A DNA stretch of 64,000 bases from Candidatus Borrarchaeum weybense (GTDB lineage Archaea > Asgardarchaeota > Sifarchaeia > Borrarchaeales > Borrarchaeaceae), in the NCBI GenBank assembly GCA_019057385.1, contig JAHQJS010000006.1:64001-128000 (forward strand), read 5' to 3'. The translations under genes and the position numbers were made by a program. Positions 39,617-50,251 of this stretch are shown here, piece after piece (the stretch's first letter is position 1; each line of letters opens with the position of its first letter). The notes under the pieces are model-generated. The model saw only the letters and a list, made by a program, of their open reading frames with translations. It did not search any database and was not told the origin of the DNA.

Positions 39617-40570
39617 ATGCAGGTCAAGAAAAAACTAAGAGCATTGCGATCAGTGGGATTTAGAGAAGCAGCTAAGCTAATCCTCAGCGAGTTCCTTTTC
39701 GGGAAAGGATTTACATTTTTTGAAAGATTTGGTATCCATGTATTGCCAGTTCATTACTCAAGTCCTGTTCCTGACACACGCGAACTTCGCAAAAATCTAA
39801 ATGAATGGTATAGGGAATGGAGTTTTACTGGTGTTGATTTTAATATAGACGAACAGATAAAACTTCTTGATAGTCTACGTGGATACGGGCTTGAATGTAA
39901 TGATTTACCTCATTATGAGAAAGTGGCCGCGCAAGGTTTTGGAGCAGGCTATGGCGAAGTAGAGTCACATATTTTACATGCTATGATTCGTTACTTCAAT
40001 TCCCGTATTATTATAGAGGTGGGCTCTGGAATTTCAACATTCTTCGCAGTAAATGCGTTATCTCTAAATAAACGAGAGAAAGAGTTAGATTCAAGGATGA
40101 TTTGTATAGAGCCATATCCGCAGCTGTCACTTAAAAAAATTGAGGGCGATTGTAAAATTGAAATAGTACCCAAGTTAGTGCAGCACTTTGATGTGGATTT
40201 CTTTAAAATTTTAGGAAAGGGAGACATCTTGTTCATCGATTCTAGTCATATTGTCAAAATAAACAGTGATGTAAACTATTTGTTTTTAGAAGTGCTTCCT
40301 AACCTGAATAAAGGTGTGGTCATTCATATACACGATATTCCCTTTCCGTATCCAACACCCAATCCAGATTACTTCATATTTAGGAGGCACCAGTTTTGGA
40401 CAGAAGCAGCATTGGCTCAAGCATTTCTTGTACATAATTTTGCATTCAGGATATTATTATGTTCCAGTTATTTACACTATAAAGCACCAGAGGCATTAAG
40501 TTCAGTATTCAGCATTTATGACTCAAAGAAACATTTTCCGGCATCTCTCTGGTTACAGAAGGTTCTCTAA
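39617..40570 (+). CDS. Class I SAM methyltransferase (Methyltransf_24-like, polysaccharide-associated)
   Basis: PVHYSSPVPD, IIEVGSGIST, CIEPYP, LFIDSSH, HIHDI; GGTGA RBS upstream. Confidence 0.88.
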   Translation: MQVKKKLRALRSVGFREAAKLILSEFLFGKGFTFFERFGIHVLPVHYSSPVPDTRELRKNLNEWYREWSFTGVDFNIDEQIKLLDSLRGYGLECNDLPHYEKVAAQGFGAGYGEVESHILHAMIRYFNSRIIIEVGSGISTFFAVNALSLNKREKELDSRMICIEPYPQLSLKKIEGDCKIEIVPKLVQHFDVDFFKILGKGDILFIDSSHIVKINSDVNYLFLEVLPNLNKGVVIHIHDIPFPYPTPNPDYFIFRRHQFWTEAALAQAFLVHNFAFRILLCSSYLHYKAPEALSSVFSIYDSKKHFPASLWLQKVL

Positions 40571-40712
40571 AGTAGCATTATTAAGCGAAGTTGACAAGTA
40601 AGTTAAGATTAAAAACTCTCTGGAATGATAGGAAACACGATTAGAAATTCCCTGCCACGTCTATACCCAATCCTTTTCCTTTTGAAGAATATATCCAAGA
40701 ATTCTCTTTTAT

Positions 40713-41717
40713 TCAAAACTCTGCAGTCTTCTTTATATTCTCCCAATTTTCAATAAACCACTCGTGGACTTTTTTCAAACCATCTTTGAATTCTATCTCC
40801 GGTTTGTAATTTAAAAGCCTCTTTGCTTTTTCAATAGAGGATAGGAGTCTGTGCTTGACATCCCAATTTCTTCTTTCTATGTATTTAATCCCTGCATCAT
40901 TACTCGTAAGTCTATTCACTAGGTTGGCAAGATCTATAACTCGGTGTTCTTTTCCAGAACCAAGGTTAAGAGCTTCTCCGATCGCCTCATCTTTTATACC
41001 CATCTCTAATAGACCATTTACTATGTCTTCTACGTAGGTCCAATCTCTTGTTTCAGCTCCATCGCCTGTTATCGGTAATTCAAGTCCGTTCATAGCCCAA
41101 TAAAAGAAGTTTGGAATGACATTTCTGTACTTTCCCGGCACTTCTCCTGGGCCATAGACATTGAAGAACCTCGCATTAACGATGGGTAGATCGTATAGAT
41201 TGTAGAAATAGTTTGTATACAATTCCCCGAGCAATTTGGTTACCTGATAGGGTGTGTGCAGACTGATTGAAATATCATGTTCCTCAAAGGGTATCCTTGA
41301 CTCCAATCCGTAAACACCACATCCTGAAGAGGCATAAACAAGTCTTTTCACGTTCACAAGCTGTGTATATTGCAGTAACTTTAAAGTCCCCATCCCATTG
41401 ACCATTAAGTCTATTTCGGGATTGTCCACTGAATTCTGATTTGCAAAATGTGCCGCTAAATGGAAGACATAATCAGGTATTTCCTTAAAGACACGCCTCA
41501 ACATTTCATCATCGAGAATGCTTCCTTTCACAAATATAATGTTTCTAGCCTTTGGAATATTCCACTTATACGCTGCTGATAGGTCGTCTAAAATGATTAC
41601 TTTTTTTGCATTCAATTCTGCTATTTTACTGCACAAATTACTCCCGATGCAACCTGCACCACCAGTTACTAACACAACCGTGTTTTCGTATTCTGAATGC
41701 ACTGTTTCCATTTTCAA
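40713..41717 (-). CDS. NAD-dependent NDP-sugar epimerase/dehydratase
   Basis: VTGGAGCIG, YQVTK (YxxxK), RFFNVYGPGE. Confidence 0.92.
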   Translation of the reverse strand: MKMETVHSEYENTVVLVTGGAGCIGSNLCSKIAELNAKKVIILDDLSAAYKWNIPKARNIIFVKGSILDDEMLRRVFKEIPDYVFHLAAHFANQNSVDNPEIDLMVNGMGTLKLLQYTQLVNVKRLVYASSGCGVYGLESRIPFEEHDISISLHTPYQVTKLLGELYTNYFYNLYDLPIVNARFFNVYGPGEVPGKYRNVIPNFFYWAMNGLELPITGDGAETRDWTYVEDIVNGLLEMGIKDEAIGEALNLGSGKEHRVIDLANLVNRLTSNDAGIKYIERRNWDVKHRLLSSIEKAKRLLNYKPEIEFKDGLKKVHEWFIENWENIKKTAEF

Positions 41718-42655
41718 TCACTTATCCTATAATACCACTTCATCCATTCGACTGTTCTTCTAATTCCTTCCTTTGGAGGGATCTTTGGGTCATGTTTTAA
41801 ATCCTTAATAGCCTTTGAGCAATCTATTGTTTTTATTTTTGTTGTAAATGGTTCTGTCAATTTATAATTGACAGTTAGGTCGTCTTTTCCTAATGTTTTC
41901 AAAATTAAATCTGAATATTCTTTGATATCTTTCTCCCATTCCGATCTTCCACCAACATTATACGCTTCTCCTGGAAAAAAATTCTCTAATATATTGGCGA
42001 AAGTTCTCACAGAGTCATCTACATAGTCAATTATTCTCTTATGACCCTGATAAACAATATAGGGCTTATTGAAGAGTGCATGAAATATAAACTTCGGAAT
42101 AAATCCCTTGTAAGGTGTGTAGTGCTCACCAGGACCATAACAATTGACTGGTCTTACTCTAACGGTCTCCGTTCCAAACATCTGTGCTGAATTCATGCAC
42201 ATTAACTCCCCCGCCCATTTTGTTATTGCATAGTCATTCATCTGATAAGTATCCTTTATGGGATTGTTAACCATAACCTCTTCTTTCATTATTCCACTGT
42301 AATCTCCATATACTTCCGCACTTGAAAAGAAAATCAACCGAAACTTCAGTTTCTCTTGCAGACGAATTATATGCTTTGTCCCGACAACATTTGTAGCCCA
42401 TAGATTTTCATAATAAGCTTCACCGTTCCAGCGACCATATTCTGCGGCTAAATGATAAACATAATCAAAATCCCATTGATCAAATATCTTTTCTAACTGC
42501 CTATATTTCCTAACATCTGCTCTTATGTAATCTTCCCTATCTGTATTAAATAAATCCAAAGCGATTACTTCATACTCCCTTTTTTTCAATTCATTCACTA
42601 GATTTGTTCCTATGAATCCTGCTCCACCAGTCACTAAAATACTTATAGATTCCAT
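41714..42655 (-). CDS. NAD-dependent NDP-sugar epimerase/dehydratase
   Basis: VTGGAGFIG, HLAAEYGRWNGE, YAITK, NCYGPGE. Confidence 0.92.
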   Translation of the reverse strand: MESISILVTGGAGFIGTNLVNELKKREYEVIALDLFNTDREDYIRADVRKYRQLEKIFDQWDFDYVYHLAAEYGRWNGEAYYENLWATNVVGTKHIIRLQEKLKFRLIFFSSAEVYGDYSGIMKEEVMVNNPIKDTYQMNDYAITKWAGELMCMNSAQMFGTETVRVRPVNCYGPGEHYTPYKGFIPKFIFHALFNKPYIVYQGHKRIIDYVDDSVRTFANILENFFPGEAYNVGGRSEWEKDIKEYSDLILKTLGKDDLTVNYKLTEPFTTKIKTIDCSKAIKDLKHDPKIPPKEGIRRTVEWMKWYYRISD

Positions 42656-42659
42656 ATCA

Positions 42660-42971
42660 TCAATCCTTCAATTTGTTCGAATTAATTCTCCTACATTTAA
42701 ATATCACAGTTCCACCCTCAGTATATGGTTCACCTGGATCAACGCATTGCATATAGGCGTGTTCAGGTTCTTCTGATGTAGTCAATCCCAGTTTCACTGG
42801 GCACCAGTTATGCTCCAATATTAATACATAATGGAGCAATGTTGATAGGGCATGTGTACACAATGCATTTGTTTGCTTTAAAACGATTTCCGGATCCTTG
42901 ATTACTATTCTGTCCCCAACCTTATATACGGGGCATTTTCCCTTTATTTCATGAACTAGAATTTCGAGCAC
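42660..42971 (-). CDS. TIGR04076-family Cys-rich small protein
   Basis: EIKGKCPVYKVGD, LCTHAL, QCVDPG...GTVIF. The GTG start at 42971 follows a GGAGG RBS. Confidence 0.75.
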   Translation of the reverse strand: MLEILVHEIKGKCPVYKVGDRIVIKDPEIVLKQTNALCTHALSTLLHYVLILEHNWCPVKLGLTTSEEPEHAYMQCVDPGEPYTEGGTVIFKCRRINSNKLKD

Positions 42972-43075
42972 AATACTTCCTCCTATGAAAAGGAGTACAC
43001 ATAAGATCAAAGACTCCTGTTTTTCTGATTTGTAATAATATCCTGTTAAGCAGAAGAGGCTAAGTTCTAAAGAAA

Positions 43076-44107
43076 TCAATTTAAGTTGGTATCAATATAC
43101 ACACTAATCGTACGACTTTGAGTTGTTTTCTTTTTTAGCCAATGGAAGAGGGTCCATATTCGTATAAGCATATCAAGGAGAAAAGATGACTGGAAAAATT
43201 TTGTGATTTTAAAGAGTAATTTGTAAAGCTTAGAGGGATGATATTTAATCCCTTTTTCTAATAATAAGAAAGCCTCATTTTTATTATTTCGTAGTAGTAA
43301 TTTGCTCAAGCGATAATAATTTCGAAATATTAATTCTTTTTCAGTTACTGATAAGCGTGATTCTAGAAAAGTCTTTAGATCTTTGATAAGCGAATTTTCG
43401 CTAATTCCCCTTTCTCTTGCTTTAGCCAACAGTTTTGCGAATTTTCCCATTCTTCTTTGCAGAACAATATTTTTTAAGGTTATTGAATTGGCGGTTATAC
43501 GGCGTTTGTATAGAGGATTAGATAGATTAGCGACTTTATAGTTTTCTATAAACCTTAACCAGAGATCGAAATCCTGACTAGTTAAAAAAAAATCCCTATA
43601 ACCACCCAGTTCAAAGAAGTACTGTTTCTTAAACATTACCGAGCCGTGGATAAAGTGATTATGTCTATTCATCCCTCTTTTGATAGTAAAATGGTCACAT
43701 GAAAATTCAATAGTATAGAGGTACCTTCCTTTCTCATCAACAAATTTTGCAGCAGAACCGAGAAGCGCGATATTTTTATGTCGTTCCAAAAATTCAATTT
43801 GTTTTTCCAGTCTATCGGGCATTGAAATGTCATCGGCATCCTGTCTTGCAATGTATTCTCCTTTTGCTAATGCGATCCCATTGTTCAGGGATTTAGTGAA
43901 TCCAAGGTGTTCTTGATGAACAGGAATTATTCGGGGATCTTTGTATGATTCAAGGATTTTTTTTGTTCCATCAGTAGAGCCATCATTTATAATAATAAAC
44001 TCGAAATTCGTGAAAGTTTGGTTAAGTATGCTATCAATAGCTTCCCGGAGATATATCTCGCCATTAAAAACAGCCATTACAACACTTAATTTGAGTTTAT
44101 TTTTCAT
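43076..44107 (-). CDS. GT2 glycosyltransferase (paralog of 8980-9960)
   Basis: INDGSTDGT, ARQDADD, QDFDLWLR. Confidence 0.92.
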   Translation of the reverse strand: MKNKLKLSVVMAVFNGEIYLREAIDSILNQTFTNFEFIIINDGSTDGTKKILESYKDPRIIPVHQEHLGFTKSLNNGIALAKGEYIARQDADDISMPDRLEKQIEFLERHKNIALLGSAAKFVDEKGRYLYTIEFSCDHFTIKRGMNRHNHFIHGSVMFKKQYFFELGGYRDFFLTSQDFDLWLRFIENYKVANLSNPLYKRRITANSITLKNIVLQRRMGKFAKLLAKARERGISENSLIKDLKTFLESRLSVTEKELIFRNYYRLSKLLLRNNKNEAFLLLEKGIKYHPSKLYKLLFKITKFFQSSFLLDMLIRIWTLFHWLKKKTTQSRTISVYIDTNLN

Positions 44108-44119
44108 AATTTTAATCCC

Positions 44120-44875
44120 TTAAATAGGTTTTACTACTGCCCAAATTTCGCCCCAGCGAATTTCATAGGCTTCTGTCTTTAATCCTGCCTCTTTCATTTC
44201 TTCAAAAAACTCTTCTTGTGTATACTCAATATAATGAGTACGATCAAGTCGGTATTCCAGCTTCAATTCCTTCATCAAGGGCACCCGCCAGTCACGCTCA
44301 AAAAGAGGTGCCCTTATGAGGTATTTTGATGGTTGAATTTTAGTTTTGATTTGTGTTAGGAATTCAACACGATGTTCGATGTGTTCTAAAACATTCGATA
44401 ATATTACTGCGTCAAATTTTTCGTTTGGTAAGTCAGTTAAGGCGTTTCCTACAACAAATTTCAAATTTGGGTGTTTAAAATTCTTCTTTGCGAATTCAAT
44501 ATATTTTTTATTAAGATCAATGCCTACTAATTCAACATTTTCTACATTAGTGACTACCCTATATGATAACAAACCATTTCCACAGCCAATATCCAAAACA
44601 AAATCGCCATCATTAACATTTTCAATGAAAAATTTGTGATACTTAGTATGCTTATGTTTTGTATGTATTCCTCCTCCATAGCGACGTGATTCCCGCCCTG
44701 TTAAAAAGTATATGTTTCGATTCAGTTTTAATAACATGTTCAGTGAATCTGAAGGATTTTTTTCAAGTGAAGCCCACTCATTAAGAACAAATGAAATTAT
44801 TGAGACTTTTTTATTCCCTGATAATTTACTTAAAAGAAACATTACTGGCCTCAGTAAAATCTTAATATGCTTCAT
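44120..44875 (-). CDS. Class I SAM methyltransferase (paralog of 9973-10737)
   Basis: VLDIGCGNG, SNVLEHI. Confidence 0.9.
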   Translation of the reverse strand: MKHIKILLRPVMFLLSKLSGNKKVSIISFVLNEWASLEKNPSDSLNMLLKLNRNIYFLTGRESRRYGGGIHTKHKHTKYHKFFIENVNDGDFVLDIGCGNGLLSYRVVTNVENVELVGIDLNKKYIEFAKKNFKHPNLKFVVGNALTDLPNEKFDAVILSNVLEHIEHRVEFLTQIKTKIQPSKYLIRAPLFERDWRVPLMKELKLEYRLDRTHYIEYTQEEFFEEMKEAGLKTEAYEIRWGEIWAVVKPI

Positions 44876-46005
44876 AAATTAAGAACCTCATTTATAGCGC
44901 CAAGTTCTAATTGCAATATCTTATCAAGGGGATATTTCTTTAATATATAACTTCGAGCATTTTTGCTCAGTTTGGTTTGAAGCATCTCATCTGACATCAC
45001 GGTTTCTATCGCTAATGCAATACTCTTAAAGTCGGTTTTACATAAATATCCTGTTATTAAATGCTCTATATCTTCCCGTATTCCTATTACATTCGTCCCA
45101 ATAGAGGCCATACCACAGCTCATAGCTTCAAGCAATACTTTAGGATGTCCCTCAAAGTAAGATGGAAGAATAAAAACTCTTGCTTGATTAATGATTTTAG
45201 GTAATTCAAAATTTGGTATATAACCTAATAAAGTGACATCTAGTGCATATTTAGTTATTAATTCCTTGACCTTACTGTCAAAACAGCATCCACCAACCAT
45301 CACTAAGGACAAACTATGATTATCTTTCTTAAGATAATTGATAGCTTTTAATAGATTAAACAGATTTTTTTGTTTGCCAGTTCTTCCAATATAAATAAGA
45401 TCAAATTTCTTATCGATCTGAAAATCTGGCTTAAATACATCAGTTACTACATAATTAGGGATGACTTTGATTTTTTGGGGTTTAATCTTATAGGACTTTA
45501 TAACTAAATCACGCTGCCATTCTGAAGTTACAATCCCTATATCTGCTAAAGTAAAAGCTTTTTTTTCTAATTGAATGGCCGCTTTAATGATTTTTTCATC
45601 TTTATGATTTTTAATTGTGTGTCTGCTGTGTAAATATCCACATCGAACAATTAACTTTTTCCCAAATTTCTTCTTAAACCATATAGGAACTTCAGAGCCT
45701 TTAATCTGATTCGTTTTTAAAATGTCTGAATTTTTGATTTCTGAATAATACTTCAGCAATAGATGAATAATCGTAATTACTCTGGTGCGCCATCGAACTG
45801 GTAAAATCTTAATATTGCCGAGTATATCAGAATAAACTTTGTCTTTGTGACCTCCATACGTCACCATATTGATTCTTTTTAGATACTTAGATAGTTCTTT
45901 ATATATCTCAAGTTCTCGGTCAATCATACCGATATCTGCCCACATCTTCAAACTTACTTGTTTAGTAAAAAATAGTGTTAGTGTTGTGTCTGCGATTTCC
46001 ATCAT
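44872..46005 (-). CDS. GT4 glycosyltransferase
   Basis: VIPNYV, EGHPKVLLEAMSCG. Confidence 0.92.
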   Translation of the reverse strand: MMEIADTTLTLFFTKQVSLKMWADIGMIDRELEIYKELSKYLKRINMVTYGGHKDKVYSDILGNIKILPVRWRTRVITIIHLLLKYYSEIKNSDILKTNQIKGSEVPIWFKKKFGKKLIVRCGYLHSRHTIKNHKDEKIIKAAIQLEKKAFTLADIGIVTSEWQRDLVIKSYKIKPQKIKVIPNYVVTDVFKPDFQIDKKFDLIYIGRTGKQKNLFNLLKAINYLKKDNHSLSLVMVGGCCFDSKVKELITKYALDVTLLGYIPNFELPKIINQARVFILPSYFEGHPKVLLEAMSCGMASIGTNVIGIREDIEHLITGYLCKTDFKSIALAIETVMSDEMLQTKLSKNARSYILKKYPLDKILQLELGAINEVLNL

Positions 46006-46169
46006 TAATTACCAATTTGCATTTTCAATAAGAATCGATTTTTAATAGTTTCCAATTTTTAAGCAAAATGGCAGAGGAATTTTATTGTCAACTGGCGAGA
46101 TGATCTTCATATCCCGATAGGTAAGAATGATGATTTTTCGGAATTAAGGCCTTAAAAATTTGAAGACAA

Positions 46170-47957
46170 CTAAGGATAGAATTTAAATATCAGTATAGGT
46201 GCATTTACATAAACTTCTTCAAAATAATCATTTGCCCTGATAGATTGCGCAAAGTTATCCATTTCCAATATAACATGTGTTACATTGTTTTGTGAACAAT
46301 AGGAAACCACATTTGTTGGTGAAGAACTGTAAATGGTACGATCGCTGATAAGCGTTCTAGGGTATAAGATAGAAGAATAAGGAGCATGATCGTTTGTTAA
46401 AACTAAGATTACCGCATTTTCAGGAGAATTATCGTAAAGCCAGAGGGCTGCTGCTACATCTTCATGTTTATAGCGTCTATTGATAGTTGCATGATATCCT
46501 CTTACCATTCCGAAAAAAATCTGATAAACTATGCACATTACTATAATAAAGTGAATTACATACGACTTTATATTGCCCTTTTCGCTTAAAGGTTTCACAG
46601 CATTCCTGAAGACCTTTATCGTACTCCCTAAACCTTGTGCGGTTAAAGTGGATGCAAAAATCGAGAAAGATGGGAAAATCCTAATATTCATCCATGAACC
46701 TTGTAAATTAATAAAATTAATCAGAATGAATGTTTCTAAAAAACAAATCACATAAAACATTCGTTTTGGTGAGCGATTTAAAAAATAATAAATTAATCCA
46801 ATAAATGAGAAGACTAGACTATAGCCAAACGTCCATTGTGCATTATCGCGAAACATAGCCAAAGGCAAGATATTAGCATTAAATGTAACATAATAAATAA
46901 ATCTTAATAATCTCTGAGCAAAAATCGGTAGCAATAAACTTCCACCAATTAGCCCTGCTATTGTTATAATTGAAATCTTAGGAGACTTATACAATACGAT
47001 GTAAAGAAGTGTTGGTATTATAATTGGTCCAAAACTACTAAAACTAGTTAATCCTAAGCCTGATAGAACAAGAAGTCCGAGGATATCTGCTTTCAGATTC
47101 TGTTCAAAAAGAAATAGGGCTAGAACCACAATTAAGAATAATCCAAGTGATTCTGTACTAAAGATTTTTCCTCTCCAGATTACCAATCGCGAGGTTCCAT
47201 AAACAAGCACCGCGTAGATTGCTAGTTTTTCCGAACTAAGAAGTTTTTTGGAACCAATATATACTCCTAAACATTGCAAAAGGCTTAGAAACGGTCCTAT
47301 ATATAAGATTATATAGTAAGGGTTTGCTAAATTTGGAAGAAACATAACTGCTAAAAAATAAGCTGCTCCCCGTGGGAAATTTAGAAAATATCCGTATGCA
47401 ATATAGCCGCTCTCGGCTAAATCAATTATAAGGTGTCCTTTTACGGCAATTTTCTTACTCTCAATGAGCCAGAACCATGTGTCACTAACAGGCATAACGA
47501 TGCTCTTTAATAAATCGTTTAATTCTATAAATATTATTAAAAGCAAAACGAAAAGTAACAGCACAGTCGACGTTTTAATTTTAATAAACTTTAATTTTAT
47601 AATATTTGTTCTCAATGAATCTACTTGGATCTTATTTTTTACACTTTTGAATAAATGATATAGATCTTTATGATAAAGTAAAATTACTAGACCTGGAAGT
47701 GGCAGAAGGGATATTGTCAACGTAATTAAGTTAATAATCAAAAATTGATCAAGAAGATAACAGATTATTACTAAATAACTAATTCCTATTCCAGTAGCTA
47801 AGATAAATAGTTCAATAATCCCATATCTTTTGAGATCCTTATACAAAAGAGTCAAAACAGAAAGTCCTGGTATTGCAGTAATAACTACAAACCAAAACCA
47901 AACAAAAAGCAGACCAAATAAAATATCAGGATACTGGAAAAGTGTTAGGTCTACCAA
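46170..47957 (-). CDS. Polytopic GT-C-like membrane protein, paralog 2
   Basis: VSDTWFW, FPRGAAY, TESLG, NIRIFP, DVAAALWLYDNSPENAVI. Confidence 0.65.
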   Translation of the reverse strand: MVDLTLFQYPDILFGLLFVWFWFVVITAIPGLSVLTLLYKDLKRYGIIELFILATGIGISYLVIICYLLDQFLIINLITLTISLLPLPGLVILLYHKDLYHLFKSVKNKIQVDSLRTNIIKLKFIKIKTSTVLLLFVLLLIIFIELNDLLKSIVMPVSDTWFWLIESKKIAVKGHLIIDLAESGYIAYGYFLNFPRGAAYFLAVMFLPNLANPYYIILYIGPFLSLLQCLGVYIGSKKLLSSEKLAIYAVLVYGTSRLVIWRGKIFSTESLGLFLIVVLALFLFEQNLKADILGLLVLSGLGLTSFSSFGPIIIPTLLYIVLYKSPKISIITIAGLIGGSLLLPIFAQRLLRFIYYVTFNANILPLAMFRDNAQWTFGYSLVFSFIGLIYYFLNRSPKRMFYVICFLETFILINFINLQGSWMNIRIFPSFSIFASTLTAQGLGSTIKVFRNAVKPLSEKGNIKSYVIHFIIVMCIVYQIFFGMVRGYHATINRRYKHEDVAAALWLYDNSPENAVILVLTNDHAPYSSILYPRTLISDRTIYSSSPTNVVSYCSQNNVTHVILEMDNFAQSIRANDYFEEVYVNAPILIFKFYP

Positions 47958-48018
47958 TATAAAATCCTCTTAAGCGTATTAAACGTAGATCATAAATAGA
48001 TTTACTTTATAAATTCTT

Positions 48019-49764
48019 CTACTTGCTAAATTCGAATATTATCATGCATGCGTTTCTATAAATTTCCTTAAAATTGTTATTTGCTTCAATAAGTTGCTCA
48101 GAGGCATCGATTTCCATAACGATGTAGTTGATATTATTTTGAGAACAATATACTACGATTTCTGATAGGGAAAGGTTTGAAGCGTTTTGGTCTACGATAA
48201 GCCCTTTAGGGTATAAAATAGTTGAATAAAGTATATGATCTTCGCTTGAAACCAAGATTACTGCATTTTCAGGGGAATTTTCGCAAAGCCAAAGTGCTGC
48301 TGTTACATCTTCAGATCTATGATACCTATTAATAGTTTCGTGGTATCCTACTACCATTCCAAAATAGATCTGATAAACTAAACACATAATAACGATAAAG
48401 TGGAGCATGTAAGAATTTATACTAACCTTTTGATTTAGAGGCGGTAAAACCTTCCCAAATATTTTTATCGTACTCCATAAACCTTGTGCGGCTAAAGTGG
48501 ATGCAAAAATAGAAAAAACTGGGTAAATCCTTATATTCATCCACCAAAATGGCAGATTGATAAAGTTAATCAGAATGAATGAATATAAGAAACACATCGT
48601 ACAAAACACCCGTTCAGATGAGCGATTCAGGAAACAATAAATCACACCAATAAATGAGAACGCTAAACTATAGCCAAATGTCCATTGCGCATTATTAATG
48701 AACATGGCTAAAAACGAAATATTTGTGCTGAATTTAGTATCTAAAATATAGTTAAAAATAGTTTGAGTAAAATTCGATAGAAGTAAGCCTGCCCCTATTA
48801 TTATTGCAACTATTATAACTGAAATTTTATAAGGTTTAGCTAATACGATATAAAAAAGTGTTGGTAATATAACTGGTCCAAAACAACTCAAGCTAGTTAG
48901 TCCTAGCCCTATTAGAGCTAGAAGTCCAAGGATATCTGCTTTCAGATTGTTCTCCGTAATAAATAGGAATAAAATTATAATAAGAAACAATCCGACTGAT
49001 TCAGTAATATAGATCTTCGCTCTCCAAATCACTAATCTTGAAGTTCCATAAATAAGGACGGAGTAGATAGCGCACTTATCTGATTTCAGAAGCTTTTTGG
49101 AAGCAGCGTATACTCCTAGGCACTGTAAAAGATATAGAATTATCCCCATATAAAAGATTATATAATAAGGATTTGTTAAATTAGGTAGAATCATTAGTGC
49201 TAAAAAGTATGCCGTTCCACGCGGGAACCATTGGAAATAATCGCCAGCAAAAGATTCTGGCTCTGCTTGAATATGCCCAGTTATTGCTACCTGCTTACTT
49301 TCAAGGAGCCAGAACCATGGATCCCTAGCAGGCAAAATGATGTTCTTTGCCAAATCATTTAAGACAATAAATACAATGAAACATAAAACTAATAGTAGAA
49401 GTACAGTCGATGTATTTATGTTAAAAAACTTTGATTTGGTAAGTATATCCTTTATTAATACATCCTTTTTGAGTTTATTTCTTACGTTTGTTAATAAATG
49501 AAATATATCTTTGTGATAAAGTAAAATAGCGATGCAGGGAAATGGCAAAAGGAATATTATCAACGTTACTAAGTTAATAATCAAAAAAGCATCCAGAAGA
49601 TAGCTCACTATTACCAAATAACTGATTCCTATTCCTATCGCTAAGATAAATAATTCAATAATCCCATTTCTTTTGAGATCTCGATTCAAGATACTCAATA
49701 CAGAAAATCCAGGAATAATTGTGATGCCCACAAACCAAACAAGGAGTAATATGATATTAATCAA
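48019..49764 (-). CDS. Polytopic GT-C-like membrane protein, paralog 3
   Basis: ARDPWFW, FPRGTAY, TESVG, DVTAALWLCENSPENAVI; closest to 4572-6314. Confidence 0.65.
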   Translation of the reverse strand: MINIILLLVWFVGITIIPGFSVLSILNRDLKRNGIIELFILAIGIGISYLVIVSYLLDAFLIINLVTLIIFLLPFPCIAILLYHKDIFHLLTNVRNKLKKDVLIKDILTKSKFFNINTSTVLLLLVLCFIVFIVLNDLAKNIILPARDPWFWLLESKQVAITGHIQAEPESFAGDYFQWFPRGTAYFLALMILPNLTNPYYIIFYMGIILYLLQCLGVYAASKKLLKSDKCAIYSVLIYGTSRLVIWRAKIYITESVGLFLIIILFLFITENNLKADILGLLALIGLGLTSLSCFGPVILPTLFYIVLAKPYKISVIIVAIIIGAGLLLSNFTQTIFNYILDTKFSTNISFLAMFINNAQWTFGYSLAFSFIGVIYCFLNRSSERVFCTMCFLYSFILINFINLPFWWMNIRIYPVFSIFASTLAAQGLWSTIKIFGKVLPPLNQKVSINSYMLHFIVIMCLVYQIYFGMVVGYHETINRYHRSEDVTAALWLCENSPENAVILVSSEDHILYSTILYPKGLIVDQNASNLSLSEIVVYCSQNNINYIVMEIDASEQLIEANNNFKEIYRNACMIIFEFSK

Positions 49765-49908
49765 ACTTGGGCCTCTTTAGTGCAGTATCAAATCCATTTT
49801 ACGGCTTTTTCATACGGGCTAGTTTATCTTTTGAAGGAAATAAGATATAACTGCTAGAATTATAAAAGTGTAATTTTTTTTTGGATTAAAAACTTTTTGA
49901 ACAGCAGT

Positions 49909-50175
49909 TATGTCGTTATCTCTTACTGACGGATTAAAAGAAAAATAACTTGATGAACTTTGGACTCAAATGTCAACTAAATTACTGCAGAGATACGTTT
50001 TTAGACATTGAAAGAAAACAAAATTTCAAACTCTGGAATAATCTTAAACGCATTTACAGAAAAACGGTTTGGATATTCTTATAAAATCGTTTGTGTCTTC
50101 GAAAATGATGAGAACTACTCCTGAGAACGAGCTTGTCATTTGCGAAATACCTGTGATATATCATAAACAGATAAA
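49909..50175 (+). pseudogene. Degraded DPM1/ArnC-like GT2 relic
   Basis: Fragments YVVISY*RIKRK, DSNVN-KLLQR, KRFGYSYKIV and ELVICEIPVIY occur in the order expected for a GT2 C-terminal half. Confidence 0.4.
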
Positions 50176-50251
50176 AAAAATGTTCTAATCCTGGTGATAT
50201 CTTTACAAATCACTTTTAATATAACTTTTATCTCGTAAAACATCCATTTCT

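Noticed and set aside
46086-46130. GTCAACTGG and ATCCCGATAGGTAAG similar to pieces of the 19.6 kb element
   Set aside because: The two matches come from opposite strands of the element and are too short; probably chance.
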